From Octopus sinensis (lineage: Eukaryota), in NCBI RefSeq assembly GCF_006345805.1, contig NC_043007.1, forward strand, positions 69,874,001 through 69,938,000: DNA of 64,000 nt. The letters are read 5' to 3'. Position 1 is the stretch's first letter, and every line of letters starts with the position of its first letter. Positions 38,631 through 54,071 of this stretch are shown piece after piece. The notes beneath the pieces were generated by a model. It saw only the letters and a list, made by a program, of their open reading frames with translations. It was not told the origin of the DNA and did no database searches. The position numbers and the translations under genes were made by a program.

Positions 38631-39805
38631 ACCTGTTCACATCTTTATACTCATGTGCCAACTTCCTCACTCTCCAGCTTCTCTCACTCCATTACTCACC
38701 TCATTATTCCTTGTCTTCATTTCTGTCTGTTAAAAACAGTTGAGCTTCACTAAATTAAAACATTGTGTTTAGCTGTTCAGGTATCTCCACCTTTTACCTT
38801 AGTCATTGTGTTTACCTGAATCAGTATCCACAATCATTTCTCTCACTAACACTATTGTGTCTGTCTTCTCTGCCAGCTTGGTGCTAAGATGGTTGCTGAG
38901 TATATCCACTGGATACATCACTATTTGGTCTGAGTAACATAGTGAAGCTCTTTCAGTTTTATTAGATTCAAAGGGAAGAAATAATGTGATTGAATAGAAA
39001 TAACAAAGTGTTTGATAAAATTAATTAAAATAATAGAAAGTGAGGGATTGAGAGCTTAAGAGTGAAGAAGTGATGTCCTGGCTTTTCAAATTTACAATTG
39101 GTAACTCCGAGTCAAAGAAATCCCCTCAGTCACAGAGAAACTGTTTGACTTGATAAAAGATTCCATAAAAAAGACAAACATTATTATAAAAAGTCAATAC
39201 TCAATGTAAAATGGAGCACAATGCTGGAAAACAATAAGATGATCAAGAAGAAACAAATGAAGTTTGAGGTGAAAAGAATTACAGAAAACAAAATGAAACC
39301 AGATGAAAATGGAGCAAGGCTTGATGCAGGAAAAGGACCCAAATAATCCCTTAATTTTTATGAGTATTACACACAGTTTATAAATTAGATTCCTTTTCAT
39401 AATTCTACATTAGAATTGAAGAAGTAAGTCTATTGATCATTTTGTTACTACTGGCTGGAGGAACTTGCAAGACAGTAATAATGGAGATATTATGGTCTTG
39501 ATACGTTCTTCTTGTCAGAAGTCCGTTTTCTTGTTTCCAGTACTTCTTCAGTTTATTTGTACATGTCTACTTTTGCTCCATCTTGTCAACTATAAATCAA
39601 AAAGATTTACTCACATAGACAATTGACCAAACAATAAAGTGCCACTCAAAGACACAGCTCATTTCATTTACTTACCGGAGTGTCAGGCTGCATTAGAGGT
39701 TGGTTCACTTATATTATAACACTATCAATAGAAACGTTTCTCATCTCTCTATCTATTTTTGTCCCTGTCTTGCTCTTACTTTATGTAAAGTGAATAAAAC
39801 GTATA

Positions 39806-40038
39806 TATTTCTTTATTGCCCACAAGGGTCTAAACACAGAGGGGACAAACAAGGACAGACAAAGGGATTAAGTCGATTACATCGACCCCAGTGCATAACT
39901 GGTACTTATTTAATCGACCCCGAAAGGATGAAAGGCAAAGTTGACCTCAGCGGAATTTGAACTCAGAACGTAGCTGCAGACGAAATACGGCTACACATTT
40001 CGCCCGGCGTGCTGACGTTTCTGCCAGCTCACCGCCTT
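39806..40038 (-). mobile_element. SINE family B
   Basis: Full copy; AAAGTGAATAAAACGTATA duplicated on both sides. Confidence 0.9.
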
Positions 40039-40078
40039 AAAGTGAATAAAACGTATAACAAGCATAATGCACACACAC

Positions 40079-40119
<41 letters not shown>

Positions 40120-40134
40120 ATCACATTTTACTGA

Positions 40135-40545
40135 AAAGTTTTCATATGTAAAAAGGCACAAAACGAAAATGACTTTCCCCAGACACAACAGAATATGTAA
40201 AAAAGTTTTCCCGAATATATTTTATTGAATGTCTTACCCAAAAAGGCACAAAAAGAAAATGACTCTCCCTTCCTGAATATATTTTATTGAATGTCTTACC
40301 CAAAAAGTTTTCCTGAGTAAATTTTATTGAATGTCTTACCAAAAAGGCACAAAAAGAAAATGACTCTCCCTTCCTGAATATATTTTATTGAATGTCTTAC
40401 CCAAAAAGTTTTCCTGAGTAAATTTTATTGAATGTCTTACCCAAAAAGGCACAAAAAGAAAATGACTCTCCCCAGACACAACAGAATATGTAAAAAAAGT
40501 TTTCCTGAATATATTTTATTGAATGTCTTGACCAAAAAGTTTTTC
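40135..40545. repeat. Complex tandem array (about 100-bp period) built from the AAGGCACAAAAAGAAAATGACTCTCCC module
   Basis: Module repeated 4 times, alternating with TTTTATTGAATGTCTTACC. Confidence 0.85.
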
Positions 40546-40795
40546 AGGAAAACGAAAACCAAATTTTACCAACCAGTTTACACTATCATCAGCTTGCAAG
40601 GTTTATAGCATGTTCTTCAATACAATTCTTAGCCCGTACCATGGAAGAAACATGGGTTAATTTTTTATAGCATTGTCACCTGTTATTTCCATGACAAAGG
40701 ACGTATCTCCTAGTTTGTGAGATTCATGTCGCTAATGTTTTCTTTTCTTTTTTTTTTTGATAAAGCCGTCTGTTGGTTAATATTTTCAGAAAGTA

Positions 40796-41398
40796 AGGCA
40801 GTGAGCTGGCAGAAACGTTAGCACGCCGGACGAAATGCTTTGCGGTATTTCGTCTGCCGCTACGTTCTGAGTTCAAATTCCGCCGAGGTCGACTTTGCCT
40901 TTCATCCTTTCGAGGTCGATTAAATAAGTACCAGTTACGCACTGGGGTCGATATAATCGACTTAATCTATGCGTCTGTCCTTCTTTGTCCTCTCTGTGTT
41001 TAGCCTCTTGTGGGTAGTAAAGAAATAGGTATTTCGTCTACCGTTACGTTCTGAGTTTAAATTCCGCCGAGGTCAACTTTTTCTTTCATCCTTTCGGGGT
41101 CGATAAATTAAGTACCAGTTACGCACTGGGGTCGGTGCGATCGACTTAATCCGTTTGTCCCCTCTATGTTTAGCCCCTTGTGGGCAAAAAAAAAAAGAAT
41201 TGTTAGAACGTTGGGCATAATGCTTAGCAGCATTTCGTCCGTTTTTACGGTCCGAATTCAAATTCCGCCGAGGTTGACTTTACTTTTCATCCCTTCGGAC
41301 TCGATAAAATATGTACTAGTTGAGCGGTGGGGCTGACGTAATTGACTTACACGCTCCCCAGAAATTGCTGGCCTTGTGCCAAAATTTGAAACCAATAT
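40796..41398 (+). mobile_element. SINE family B tandem cluster (three bodies)
   Basis: Units start at about 40796, 41028 and 41200. Confidence 0.9.
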
Positions 41399-42379
41399 TT
41401 TCGGAAAGTAACATTCTTACGTATACAGAATAAAATGGTTCTTTTAAGAGGGGGAAGGATTTTTAATTAAGAAAAATATGAAGTAAAAGACCTATTTTTT
41501 TCTTTTTAAAAAAGCTTATTTGTCTTCTCAGGTTTTTGTTGTTGTTGTTGCTGTTAACGGTGTTGATGTAATTGTCCTTGTTTCTGTTAATCAAAATCCA
41601 GTGAATCGATGCAGTAAACCTTGCTTATGTTGATAACATTTCTTCGATTCACATAGATATTCGGAAGTTTATGTATTATAGACAAACACTGAAGCGTCGA
41701 GTGAGTTGATATTTTGAAAAAACGAGGAAAATTTGGATCGCAGGAGAACACTGTGTGTGTATAAACATATTCGCAACGACACACTCATGAAACATCAACG
41801 TATACTTATCCAAGGTCGATAAATAAAGTACCAGTTACACACTGGGGTCGAATTAATCCCTTTGTCTGTCCTTGTTTGCCCCCTCTATGTTTAGCCCCTT
41901 GTGGGTAATAAAGAAATATATCAACAAATATGCATTTGTATTAATGTTACCAACGTCATGGCGATATTGTCATTGAAATGTGCGTGCAATATATAGATAT
42001 CACACGCAATTAGCCGACCCCTAATTATAATTATACACAAACACACACACACATATATATACATATATGGGTAAGAATATGTCAATAAGCATAAAATACA
42101 GGCAATTAGTACTCAGACCGGACCAAATTTATAAATGCTTTGATGCAATTAGCAACCGTCTGTCCATCTTTTATTAAATAGTACATGCACATACGTACAT
42201 ACATGTGTGTGTGTGTGTATGTAAGCATACATTCTTGGGTGTCTTTCGTAATCACGTATGACTTGGTAGGAAGACATTTATTTTAGCTATACAAACACAG
42301 CCACATGTGTAGTAAGTGAATTCATCAACAATGCTTTGTTCTTTTATGAGATTGTAGACCAAAGTTATGGGTTAAAATC

Positions 42380-44000
42380 TGACACAGATATTATAGGATG
42401 TTGTGTCTAATTCTTTTGTAGTGATTCTTGTTCTTGTGCTTTCTCTTTCACTTGCTGTTGTTTCATCCAGTTTGATTCTGAATTAGTTCATACCTTTATA
42501 GCTATCCGCCGTTATTTGCAATTAGTCACCGTAGTCTCTCATGCTGTTGCAATCAGAGCGTTGCATTGAGATGTTTGATAGCATCCTTACAACGGAGTTT
42601 CTTGCTCTGCCTTTAACAGCTTTCATATTTCAGTTCACTGCAAATCACAGCCTTGGGAATCTTAACGCTTTCATGTCCCATTGAAAGCAACTGCAAATTC
42701 ATCACAATAAACGCAATACTAGGCATATTTGAAAACTGCACACCTCGGTTCATGATGTTTCTCCAAGAAATGTTCACTTCGTCTTTTTTAATGTCGCCGA
42801 TGCAGTGCAGGACACTGCTGCTCAGTGAACTTTGTATTTTGTTGACAGTTTAGTGTCACCTTTCCCAAATCAATCATTGAACTTTCCATCACCACCGCCA
42901 GGCTTTTGTCGTCAGAAAACATACTGTCTAAAATATGATTTCTTTTTCATTTTGAAGTCGACTTGCATCCGCAATGGATGGTGTTTCATGTTCCAACAAT
43001 CGGGTTTAGATTTGTAGTATCTTCTGGATATCTTCTAGTGAGTGAGTCACCATTTCGTAAATGCACATCTTGTGGTACTTCCTGGTGGACCACAGGGTAG
43101 ATATGTTCAACAAGCTATTATCCACTCTCATGTGGATATACACCCCACCCTTGAATTCACTTGCAAACTTTTCAAGTGCACTACGCAGATATAGAACAAA
43201 TAATGTTGGAGCAAATACACAGCCTTGTTTTACTCCATGAATGTCTGAAAAGGGGACCTTTTTATTGCTTCCAAAAGAGACTGCGACTGATATACATTCA
43301 TGAAATTGCTTCACAATCTTCACCAATTTGTCTGAGCATCCATTTCTTTTGAAAATAATCTATAAGCCTTCACTTCCCACACGAGCAAAAGTCTTTGTAA
43401 AGTAGGATGCGTTCTCCTATAGACTTTTCTTGCAAAAATCATATCATTCATGCTTCTAGACATACAAAATCCACAGTAACTTAGGTATTTTAAATAATTC
43501 CTTGAGCTGTATTTTTGCTAGTTTTTCCATGCAATTGAGAGAAGGGAAAATCCCCAGTAATTTCCACAATTCTGTCTATCAGCCTTCCGTTTGCAAATGG
43601 TGACCATCTCTATTTAGTTGTATAGTTGTAGGAGGCTACAGCATTGCCTGAATAGTTGGAGAAGTCTATAGAGTAATTCCTTCCCAGCATGTTTACAGAC
43701 TTATATGAGGAAACTGTCAATACCAGAAGCTTTTCCTTATGTTATCTCACAGACAGTAATTATTAAATTCCTCCATATTCGAGAATAGGTGGAAACTAGC
43801 ATCCTCCAGAATTTGTAGGCTACAGTCCGACAATTCAGGAGAAAATCTCGAGGATTTGCTAAATAACTCCCTAAAGTGTTTTAGCATTTTATGATGCCAT
43901 TTTATGATGGCATCGTTACTCCTCATAGAGAGTTTCCATCTTTCTGAGATCGTATACTTCTCTCAGATTGGCAAAGAAAGTCTTCATATTATGAGAATCA
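42380..44000 (-). mobile_element. Decayed RTE-type LINE
   Basis: Minus-strand IHGVKQGCVFAPTLFVLYL and upstream NYWGFSLLSIA RT motifs; many stops. Confidence 0.8.
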
Positions 44001-44613
44001 AAATTCAAAATACTTATAGGCATCGTTGATAATTATGTACGTGTCACCAGAACTGAAAGTCCACTTGACAAACTGAACTTATAAACGAAGCTGATTATTG
44101 GTACGAAATCTGCGCACACTGATACAAATTTAAACGTGTAGAGCGCAATCTAAGAAATCTCATGAATTTATAAGAATCTTGGGTTAGTCCTCGCTGGTGG
44201 TGACCTATGAAACTTTACCAGGAGTGGAAAGGAGTGGCCAGTTGCAAATTATGAAATCTTGTCTTCAAATTTTACTTTTAGTCTCAGATGTTAAGCAATA
44301 CAAATCCCAAGTGAACATGAGCACTGATAAAAAGGATATAGAGCTTTGAAAAATTTCGATCCAGCTTGGCAGAAGAAGGATTGAGCCTGAACAAGAAGTA
44401 CCACAGAGACTTCTCCTCATCACAGAAGTTAGAAAACATGATTGCAGACATTTTCCCAAACTTACAAAATGGTTGAGCCTGAAGTGAAATCCTTATGGAA
44501 CTATCTATTTTAATCAGATGTACATGAAATAAACAAGCTGCTCCTTAAAGAGTTTCCAAGTAACTCAAAAAACCTATATACTTATGCTGATTCAATATTA
44601 GAAGACAATCACA

Positions 44614-45035
44614 AGCGTAGGAGTGGCTGTGTGGTAAGTAGCTTGCTTGCCAACCACATGGTTCCGGGTTCAGTCCCACTGCGTGGCACCTTGGCCAAGT
44701 GTTTTCTACTATAGCCTCGGGTCGAACAAAGCCTTGTGAGTGAATTTGGTAGATGAAACTGAAAGAAGCCTGTCGTATATATATATGTATATATATATAT
44801 GTATGTATGTATTATGTATGTGTATATGTTTGTGTGTCTGTGTTTGTCCCCCAACATCACTTGACAACCGATGCTGGTGTGTTTACGTCCCCGTAACTTA
44901 ACGGTTCAGCAAAAAGACCGATAGAATCAGTACTAAGCTTACAAAGAATAAGTCCTGGGGTCGATTAGCTCGACTAAAGGCGGTGCTCCAGTATGGCCAC
45001 AGTCAAATGACTGAAACAAGTAAAAGAGTAAAGAG
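44614..45035 (+). mobile_element. SINE family A, full length
   Basis: Identity to family A. Confidence 0.9.
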
Positions 45036-45264
45036 ATACCATTCCAAAAGAATTTCTCAATATCATAACACCATCTGGCCTACTCTATCATGAACTGGTG
45101 CTAAAAGTTCTTTTGTTATCTTCTTAGGCAACCGACAAACAAATAAGACAACAATGATAATTGAATGTGAAGTTACAGTTGGAGCAATGAAAAGTTCTGT
45201 TATTTTTATTTTATTTTATTTTATTTACCTCATATTATTCACAATGACAGAAACAATGAATTTT

Positions 45265-45425
45265 CTATTCCCATTATCAGGCAACAATTCCCTATCAATT
45301 TTCTTGCAGTGACAATAAATAAAGATTCGGGACTAGAAAATGACAAAATTGAGATCTACTTACTAAAGCCTGTTTTTGCTCATGGCCAACGATACACAGC
45401 ATTTTCAGGAGCAAAAGATATCCTT
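45265..45425 (+). pseudogene. Helitron Pif1-like helicase C-terminal remnant
   Basis: RQQFP..AVTINKDSG..KIEIYLLKPVFAHGQRYTAFSG resembles RRQFP..AMTINKSQG..VFSHGQLYVAxSR. Confidence 0.7.
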
Positions 45426-46018
45426 ATGTCAACGTCTTCCTTGCCAGTAATACCGATAGTCTCACAGAAAATATTGTCGACAATAAACTGTAGGAGATAA
45501 ATGAAGTTACTGTAGATTATTTGGCCTGTTTTTAATGAAATGAAATTTCATTCTCGAAAATCAAATATAATTTTTTTCTTGTTTCTTTTTTTTTTCACAT
45601 TGTCACATGACATTTAGCATAAGATTTAGATTGATGCAGCTTTGAATGTTTCTAAGCTACCATCGCTATGATCAAATAAAATCAACATTTTCCTACAAAA
45701 TTGCAATAGTCTGCCTTGTATCAAAAATTATATTAAAATTCTGCAAGCATTTAGGAACAGCTACAAACAATTACTAACGGACTAACAACATTTGTTTCCA
45801 GAGAAATCAGCGAGATCTGAAGAGTCAATAATGCATAACAACTTCAATTTTCAACAACTAAAATATCGTTTTACATGGAATATTTCTTTGTCATAGACAA
45901 TACTGCGGGCATGCATGCATACATACATACATACATACATACATACATACATACATACATACATACATACATACATACATACATACATACATACATACAC
46001 ATATACGTACGTACGTAC

Positions 46019-46050
<32 letters not shown>

Positions 46051-46221
46051 ATATGTATATATACATATGCATGTATGTGTGTATGTATATATATATATAT
46101 ATAAAGTTAATCCAAACAAGAAAACAAAAACAAAAAAACAACAACGCAAGGATGTGGAACAAATAAAGTATTATTGGACGCTCAGGAAAGAAGGGAAGAA
46201 TATATATATATATACATATAT

Positions 46222-46289
<68 letters not shown>

Positions 46290-46699
46290 ATAATATATAT
46301 ATATACACAATTTAAAAATAGTTAGCGTGAACAACCTCATAAGAGAAAAAGAAAATCATTTTTTCCCTTTAATATATATATATATATATATATTATATAT
46401 AGAAGGAGCTCTACAGGACTAGTACTGTTCATTCAAGAGAAATCTTCAGGAAGCTATTTAACAAGAATTATGTATATAAAATATATATAATTAGGGCTTA
46501 GTAAAATAAAATAAATTACTTGCCACATACTAAACTTTCCAGAAATAGCAGCCAATAAGGTTTTTTAGCCTCTTCCACTACTTAGAGAACTTTTTCCTCT
46601 AACATTGTTTACTCAAAAATAATTGGTCCCTTTACATACTGAATTCTTGGTGAATTTGATTAATAACTAATTAACTTTACCCTCCTTGTTGATAAATTA

Positions 46700-47076
46700 T
46701 TATGTGTAGTGTACATGTATGTATATATATGTGGTGTGTGTGTATGTGTGTATGTATGTATTGTATATGTGTGTGTATATGTATGTGCGCGCGTGTGTGT
46801 GTATGCATGTGTATGTATTTGTATATGTATGTGCATGTGTATGTATATATGTATATATGTGTATATGTATGTATATATATGTAATATAGGTATGTATATA
46901 ATATGTATGTATATGTATGTATATTGTGTGTGTATATGTGTATTATGTATGTATTTATATAGATATGTAATCTTTTTATATATATATGTATGTATATGCA
47001 TCTGTCTGTGTGTGTGTATGTGTATTATGTGTATCATTATTGCGTATGTATACATGTATATGTGTATATGTATGTG

Positions 47077-47126
<50 letters not shown>

Positions 47127-47670
47127 GGGGGTATAGGTGTGTATATATATATATATATATATGTATATAGATGTATATGTATATGTATATATATATATAT
47201 ATGTATGTGTGTAGGTGTATATGTATGTATTTGTGTATGTGTGTGTACATGTATATATATGTGTGTGTGTATATATATATATATGTTTATATGTGAGTAT
47301 GTAGAGATATAAGTATATGCATGTGTATATGTGTGTGTGTATATAGATATATATATATATATATGTATGGGTATGTGTATCCGTGTATATATGTATGTGT
47401 GTGCGTATGTATATGTATGTATGTGTGTATATATGTATGTGTATATGTGTATGTGGTGGTATATATGTGTATATATATAATATATATATATGTATGTAGG
47501 TGTATGTGTATTGTGTGTGTGTGTGCATGTATGTGTATGTGTATATGTGTATATATATGTATGTGTATATGTATGTATATGTGTGTGTATGTGTGCATGT
47601 ATGTGTATGTGTATATGTGTATATAATGTATGTGTATATGTATGTATATGTGTGTGTATGGTTATATGTG

Positions 47671-47708
<38 letters not shown>

Positions 47709-47860
47709 CACACATATATGCAATATATATGTATATATACATACATATATATATTATCCGAAATGTATAGTATTAAATATCCATCACGGCTGATCTTACC
47801 AGTCGGTTTCTCTAAAATATATACACATATATGTATATATGCATATAAACATACATTCAT
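46700..47860. repeat. About 1.1-kb degenerate alternating purine-pyrimidine (TG/TA) tract
   Basis: Direct reading. Confidence 0.95.
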
Positions 47861-47861
47861 A

Positions 47862-48232
47862 TTCTCTTTTACTCTTTTACTTGTTTCAGTCATTTGACTG
47901 CGGCCATGCTGGAGCACCGCCTTTTAATCGAGCAACTCGACCCCGGGACTTATTCTTTGTGAGCCCAGTACTTATTCTATCGGTCTCTTTTGTCAAGCAA
48001 TGCTAAAGGGACAAACACAGACACACAAACACATACACACACACACATATATATATATATACATATATACGACAGGCTTCTTTCAGTTTCCGTCTACCAA
48101 ATCCACTCACAAGGCATTGGTCGGCCCGTGGCTATAGCAGAAGACACTTGCCCAAGATGCCACGCAGTGGGACTGAACCCGGAACCATGTGGTTGGTTAG
48201 CAAGCTACTTACCACACAGCCACTCCTGCGCC
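47862..48232 (-). mobile_element. SINE family A
   Basis: Identity to family A. Confidence 0.9.
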
Positions 48233-48443
48233 TTATATATATATATATTTATATATATATTTTAATAGTAATGATAAGACAACAAAAGAATGAATGAGGC
48301 CTCGATATTATATAAATAGAGGAATTTATCTGTAATATAATATGTGACAATTATTCGGTTACCATATTTTCATAGTATTTTTTGCTTGTCTCGATAACTG
48401 ACGAGATGCCGGAGCAGGTTTCCGCCCCGACATATAACTCATC

Positions 48444-48556
48444 AGAGTTAGCCGATATGGAAGGGAATATAGCGACTGATCTCTGTTGTCAGAGGTAGAT
48501 TCCATCTCTGACAGTAGAGAACAGTCACCATATTCCCTTCCATATCGGTTAACTCT
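48444..48556. repeat. 113-bp near-perfect palindrome
   Basis: AGAGTTAGCCGATATGGAAGGGAATAT... versus ...ATATTCCCTTCCATATCGGTTAACTCT. Confidence 0.9.
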
Positions 48557-49199
48557 TTGTGTGTACATATATATGAATATACTTTATTTAAAGCAGCAGA
48601 AAATTCAACAAAATCTGTTACTCTGAGTTTCTCGTTGCCGTTCATGTTGAATTTTCTGCTGCTTTAAATAAAGCATGTTACTCTACCACTGGTATTTGAG
48701 TACTCTTTTTTTCCACCTTGTTTCACATTTATGTGTTTACTCCGGTATATATGAATATATGTATATATATATATACATACATACATACATACATACATAC
48801 ATACATACATACACACACACATATTATAAGCGCGGTTGTGTGGTAAGAAGCTTGCTTCTCAACCAAATGGGCTTGGTTTCAGTCTTACCGCTGGCACCTT
48901 GGGCAAGTGTTTTCTACTATATAGCCTTGGACCGACCAGAGCCCTGTGAATGGATTTGGTAGACCGAAACTGAAAGAAGCTGGTCATATATATGTATATA
49001 TCTATATATATGTATGTATGTATTTATGTGTGCGTGTCGTTGCGTCTGTGTTTGTCTCCCCACCACCATCGCTTGACCACCGATGTTGGTGTGTTTACGT
49101 CCCCGTGAGTTTAAGGTTCGGTGAAAGAGACCGAGAGAGTAAGTACTAGTCTTACAAAGACTAATAACAAAAGAATCCACACAAACACATACACACACA

Positions 49200-49240
<41 letters not shown>

Positions 49241-49844
49241 CACACACACACACACACATACATATACACACACATATATATATACACACATGCGCGTGCA
49301 CACACACATGTACATGCATACATATATGAATTCATCCTTAGTTCGATTGTAAATTCTATCCACAATCTATAGATCAATAATCACAATGGTTCGTTGAAAT
49401 TTCATTTTGAATTTTAACAGCAGCCTGTTGTTTTGATGTCTGTTGTAACTTGATTTACTTTAAGAATGAATAGAAGCTTTACTTTGGAAGTTTCTGTTCC
49501 TTACCGATGTCAGATGCCTACTGACTCAACGTGGAATCTATAAATATCGTAGTAGTTTACTTATCACTCATTCTTCCTCTGTAAAGAGACTTCAATCTGA
49601 CTTTAACCAGAGAATTCGATTCGCTTGTCGAAACTGATATCAGTCGGTAGCTACAAACGTAATTCTGTATGTATGAGAAAAGAAAAACATATTGAATAAT
49701 TTAAGGATGTTAAGGAAAAGGTTTCGTCTTAAACAAATACTGGAAACTTACTTTTGCTTCTACAGAAATTTTTGCGAAGTCAGCTACTCCTGCAATTTAC
49801 TTTGAATTCGATTATAAATTCTTTCACATGACATCACTCTCTCT

Positions 49845-49880
<36 letters not shown>

Positions 49881-50154
49881 GTATATATGTATATATTTAT
49901 ATATATACATATATATGTATATATATATATATATATAATTACATATATAATACTATATATATCCTATATATATAATATTATTATATATATATATATATAT
50001 TTATATTATATATATATACATACATATATATACGTATAAATATATATAATTACATATATATATGTATACACACACACACACACACTACACACACACACAG
50101 AACACACACACAGAAACACAACACACACACACACACCACACACACACACACACA

Positions 50155-50361
50155 CAGTAATCCCTCGCCATATCGCGGTTCACCAATCACGCACTCAGTA
50201 CATCGCGGATTTGTCTGGCTAATATATGTAAATTTATATTGCGGACTCTTCAGTATGTCCAGGGATTCTGTGGCCGGTAGGTATTTATATTTTTGTAGAT
50301 TTTACTTTTTTTTTGTGGGAGGTTTTGGAACGTAACACCCGCGATAGCCGAGGGATTACTG
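50155..50361. mobile_element. pogo/Tigger-like MITE
   Basis: TIRs CAGTAATCCCTCG..TATCGCGG and CCGCGATA..CGAGGGATTACTG followed by TA. Confidence 0.85.
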
Positions 50362-50412
50362 TATATATATCAATATCTATAAATATCGTAGTAGTTTACT
50401 TATCATTCATTC

Positions 50413-50811
<399 letters not shown>

Positions 50812-51110
50812 TAGATTGAGAGACCTATACATTGTGGACATAGATGTCTTCAAAAAGGAACTAGACATTCGCCTCTCCACAGTACCGGATGAACCGACGG
50901 ACCGACATGAGTTACAGACGAGGTCAGCGAAGCCAAACTCCCTCATACATCATATGGTCAACGGCCGGGACAAAAGCACAGACAGGGGTGGTGGTATGAA
51001 ACCCCACCAGCCTGAGGAAATCAGCCTAAGGAAAATCATGAGTAACGGTGCAAAATCACGGTAGAGTTCCAGCATGACCGCAGCCACATGTCTGAGACAA
51101 ATAATAGAAT
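50812..51110 (+). mobile_element. LINE 3' end (ORF2 C-terminus plus 3'UTR) sharing its tail with SINE family A
   Basis: DVFKKELDIRLSTVPDEP..RSAKPNSL resembles CR1-group ORF2 ends; terminal TCCAGCATGACCGCAGCCACATGTCTGAGACAAATAA resembles the SINE A tail. Confidence 0.6.
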
Positions 51111-51144
51111 ATATAAATATATATATAAGTTATCCATTATGTTT

Positions 51145-51515
51145 TATCTTTTACTTGCGGCCATGCTGGGGCATCGCCTTGAAAAATTCTTGAGTCGAAC
51201 GAATCGACCTCAGTACTTATTTCTTATTAAGCCTGGTTCTTATTCTAACGGTCTCTTTTTGCCGAACCGATAAGTTACGGGGACATAAACACATCAACAC
51301 CGGTTCTCAAGTAGTGGTGAGAGACAAAGCCACTCACACACACACATACACACCACACACACACACGACTGGCTCTTTCGGTTTCTATCTACCAAATCCA
51401 CTCAAGGCTTTGGTCGACTCGAGGCTATGATAGAAGACTCTTGCCCAAGGTGCCACGCAGTGGGACCGAACCCGGAATCATGTGGTTGGGAAGCAAGCTT
51501 CTTACCACACAGCCA
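51145..51515 (-). mobile_element. SINE family A, diverged
   Basis: Identity to family A. Confidence 0.85.
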
Positions 51516-51937
51516 CGTCTTCACCTACAGTTGTTGAAAATTGAAATTGTTATGCATGTTGACCCTCAAATCTCGTTAATTTTTCTGAAAACCATTGTTA
51601 TTGATCCGTTAGTAAATATTTGTTAATGTACCAAAATACACGCACACTTTTAATATAATTGTAATAAAACGTGCACTCTTCTTCCTATTTCATAGGAAAA
51701 TGTTAAGTTTTTCAACGATCACGGTGGCCAGGTTTTCGAAAATATAACCTTAATTCTATGAAAACCAATCCAATGTCTTACAGTAACTACACTTGCCACC
51801 AGCATTCCATTGTAGATAATGTTTCCTGTGAGGATATCGATGTTGCTGTCAATGAAGATTTTGGCATTGGAATGTCTTTGATTATGTGGATGCAGTGTAA
51901 TAGTCGATCATGAGCGACAACAAGCCTCGATGGGTCG

Positions 51938-51974
<37 letters not shown>

Positions 51975-52095
51975 GATACATTATCTAAATGCATGTTACA
52001 TATATTATATATAGATATACATGTATAACTGTATACAAATCTATTTATCTATTATATATCATAATATTTATACGTGTGTGTGTATATACATAGAT

Positions 52096-52184
<89 letters not shown>

Positions 52185-52346
52185 ATCATATATATATATA
52201 TTATATATACATAATATTTATATATATATTAATTATTGGCTCCTGAATAAGAGGATCTCTCAAGGCTAATAACGCAGAATTCGTTGTTCTAACAAACCAT
52301 CTATGTTTAGTTGGATAGAAAGATTACTATATGTGTGTGTGTGTAT

Positions 52347-52397
<51 letters not shown>

Positions 52398-52487
52398 GCG
52401 TCATTTGAGAGCTAAAACTATGCAAAAAGCGCATTGTAACTAGAGATGTGTAACAACATCTGATACCCAGATCGGTTACATGATATA

Positions 52488-53889
<1,402 letters not shown>

Positions 53890-54000
53890 ATATATATATA
53901 TATTAATAATAATATGACAACAAAAGAATAAATGAGGCCTCGATATTATGTAAAATAGAGAAATTTATCTATAAATATAACATGTGGCAATTAGTTGGTT

Positions 54001-54071
54001 GTCATAATAAAACTCAGAGTTTCGGATGCCAGGGCTGAAGTCTGCTTCGGCATCTCATCAGTTATTAAGAC
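54001..54071 (-). ncRNA. Type I hammerhead ribozyme motif in a Penelope-like repeat (53905-54150)
   Basis: GTCTTAATAA-CTGATGA-GATGCC..GGCATC-C-GAAA-CTCTGAG-TT-TTATTATGAC: stem I, intact core, stem II, short quasi-palindromic stem III. Confidence 0.7.

Noticed and set aside
39410-39700. Minus-strand splice-like signals (CCG|GTAAGT near 39675, acceptor near 39590)
   Set aside because: No coherent reading frame or homology recognised.
45851-47917. Long ORFs (up to 313 aa) rich in Y/I/H/T/C/V/M
   Set aside because: Translations of (TA)n, (CA)n and (TACA)n microsatellites; the same applies at 12950-13330, 53536-53931, 55015-55974 and 62339-63020.
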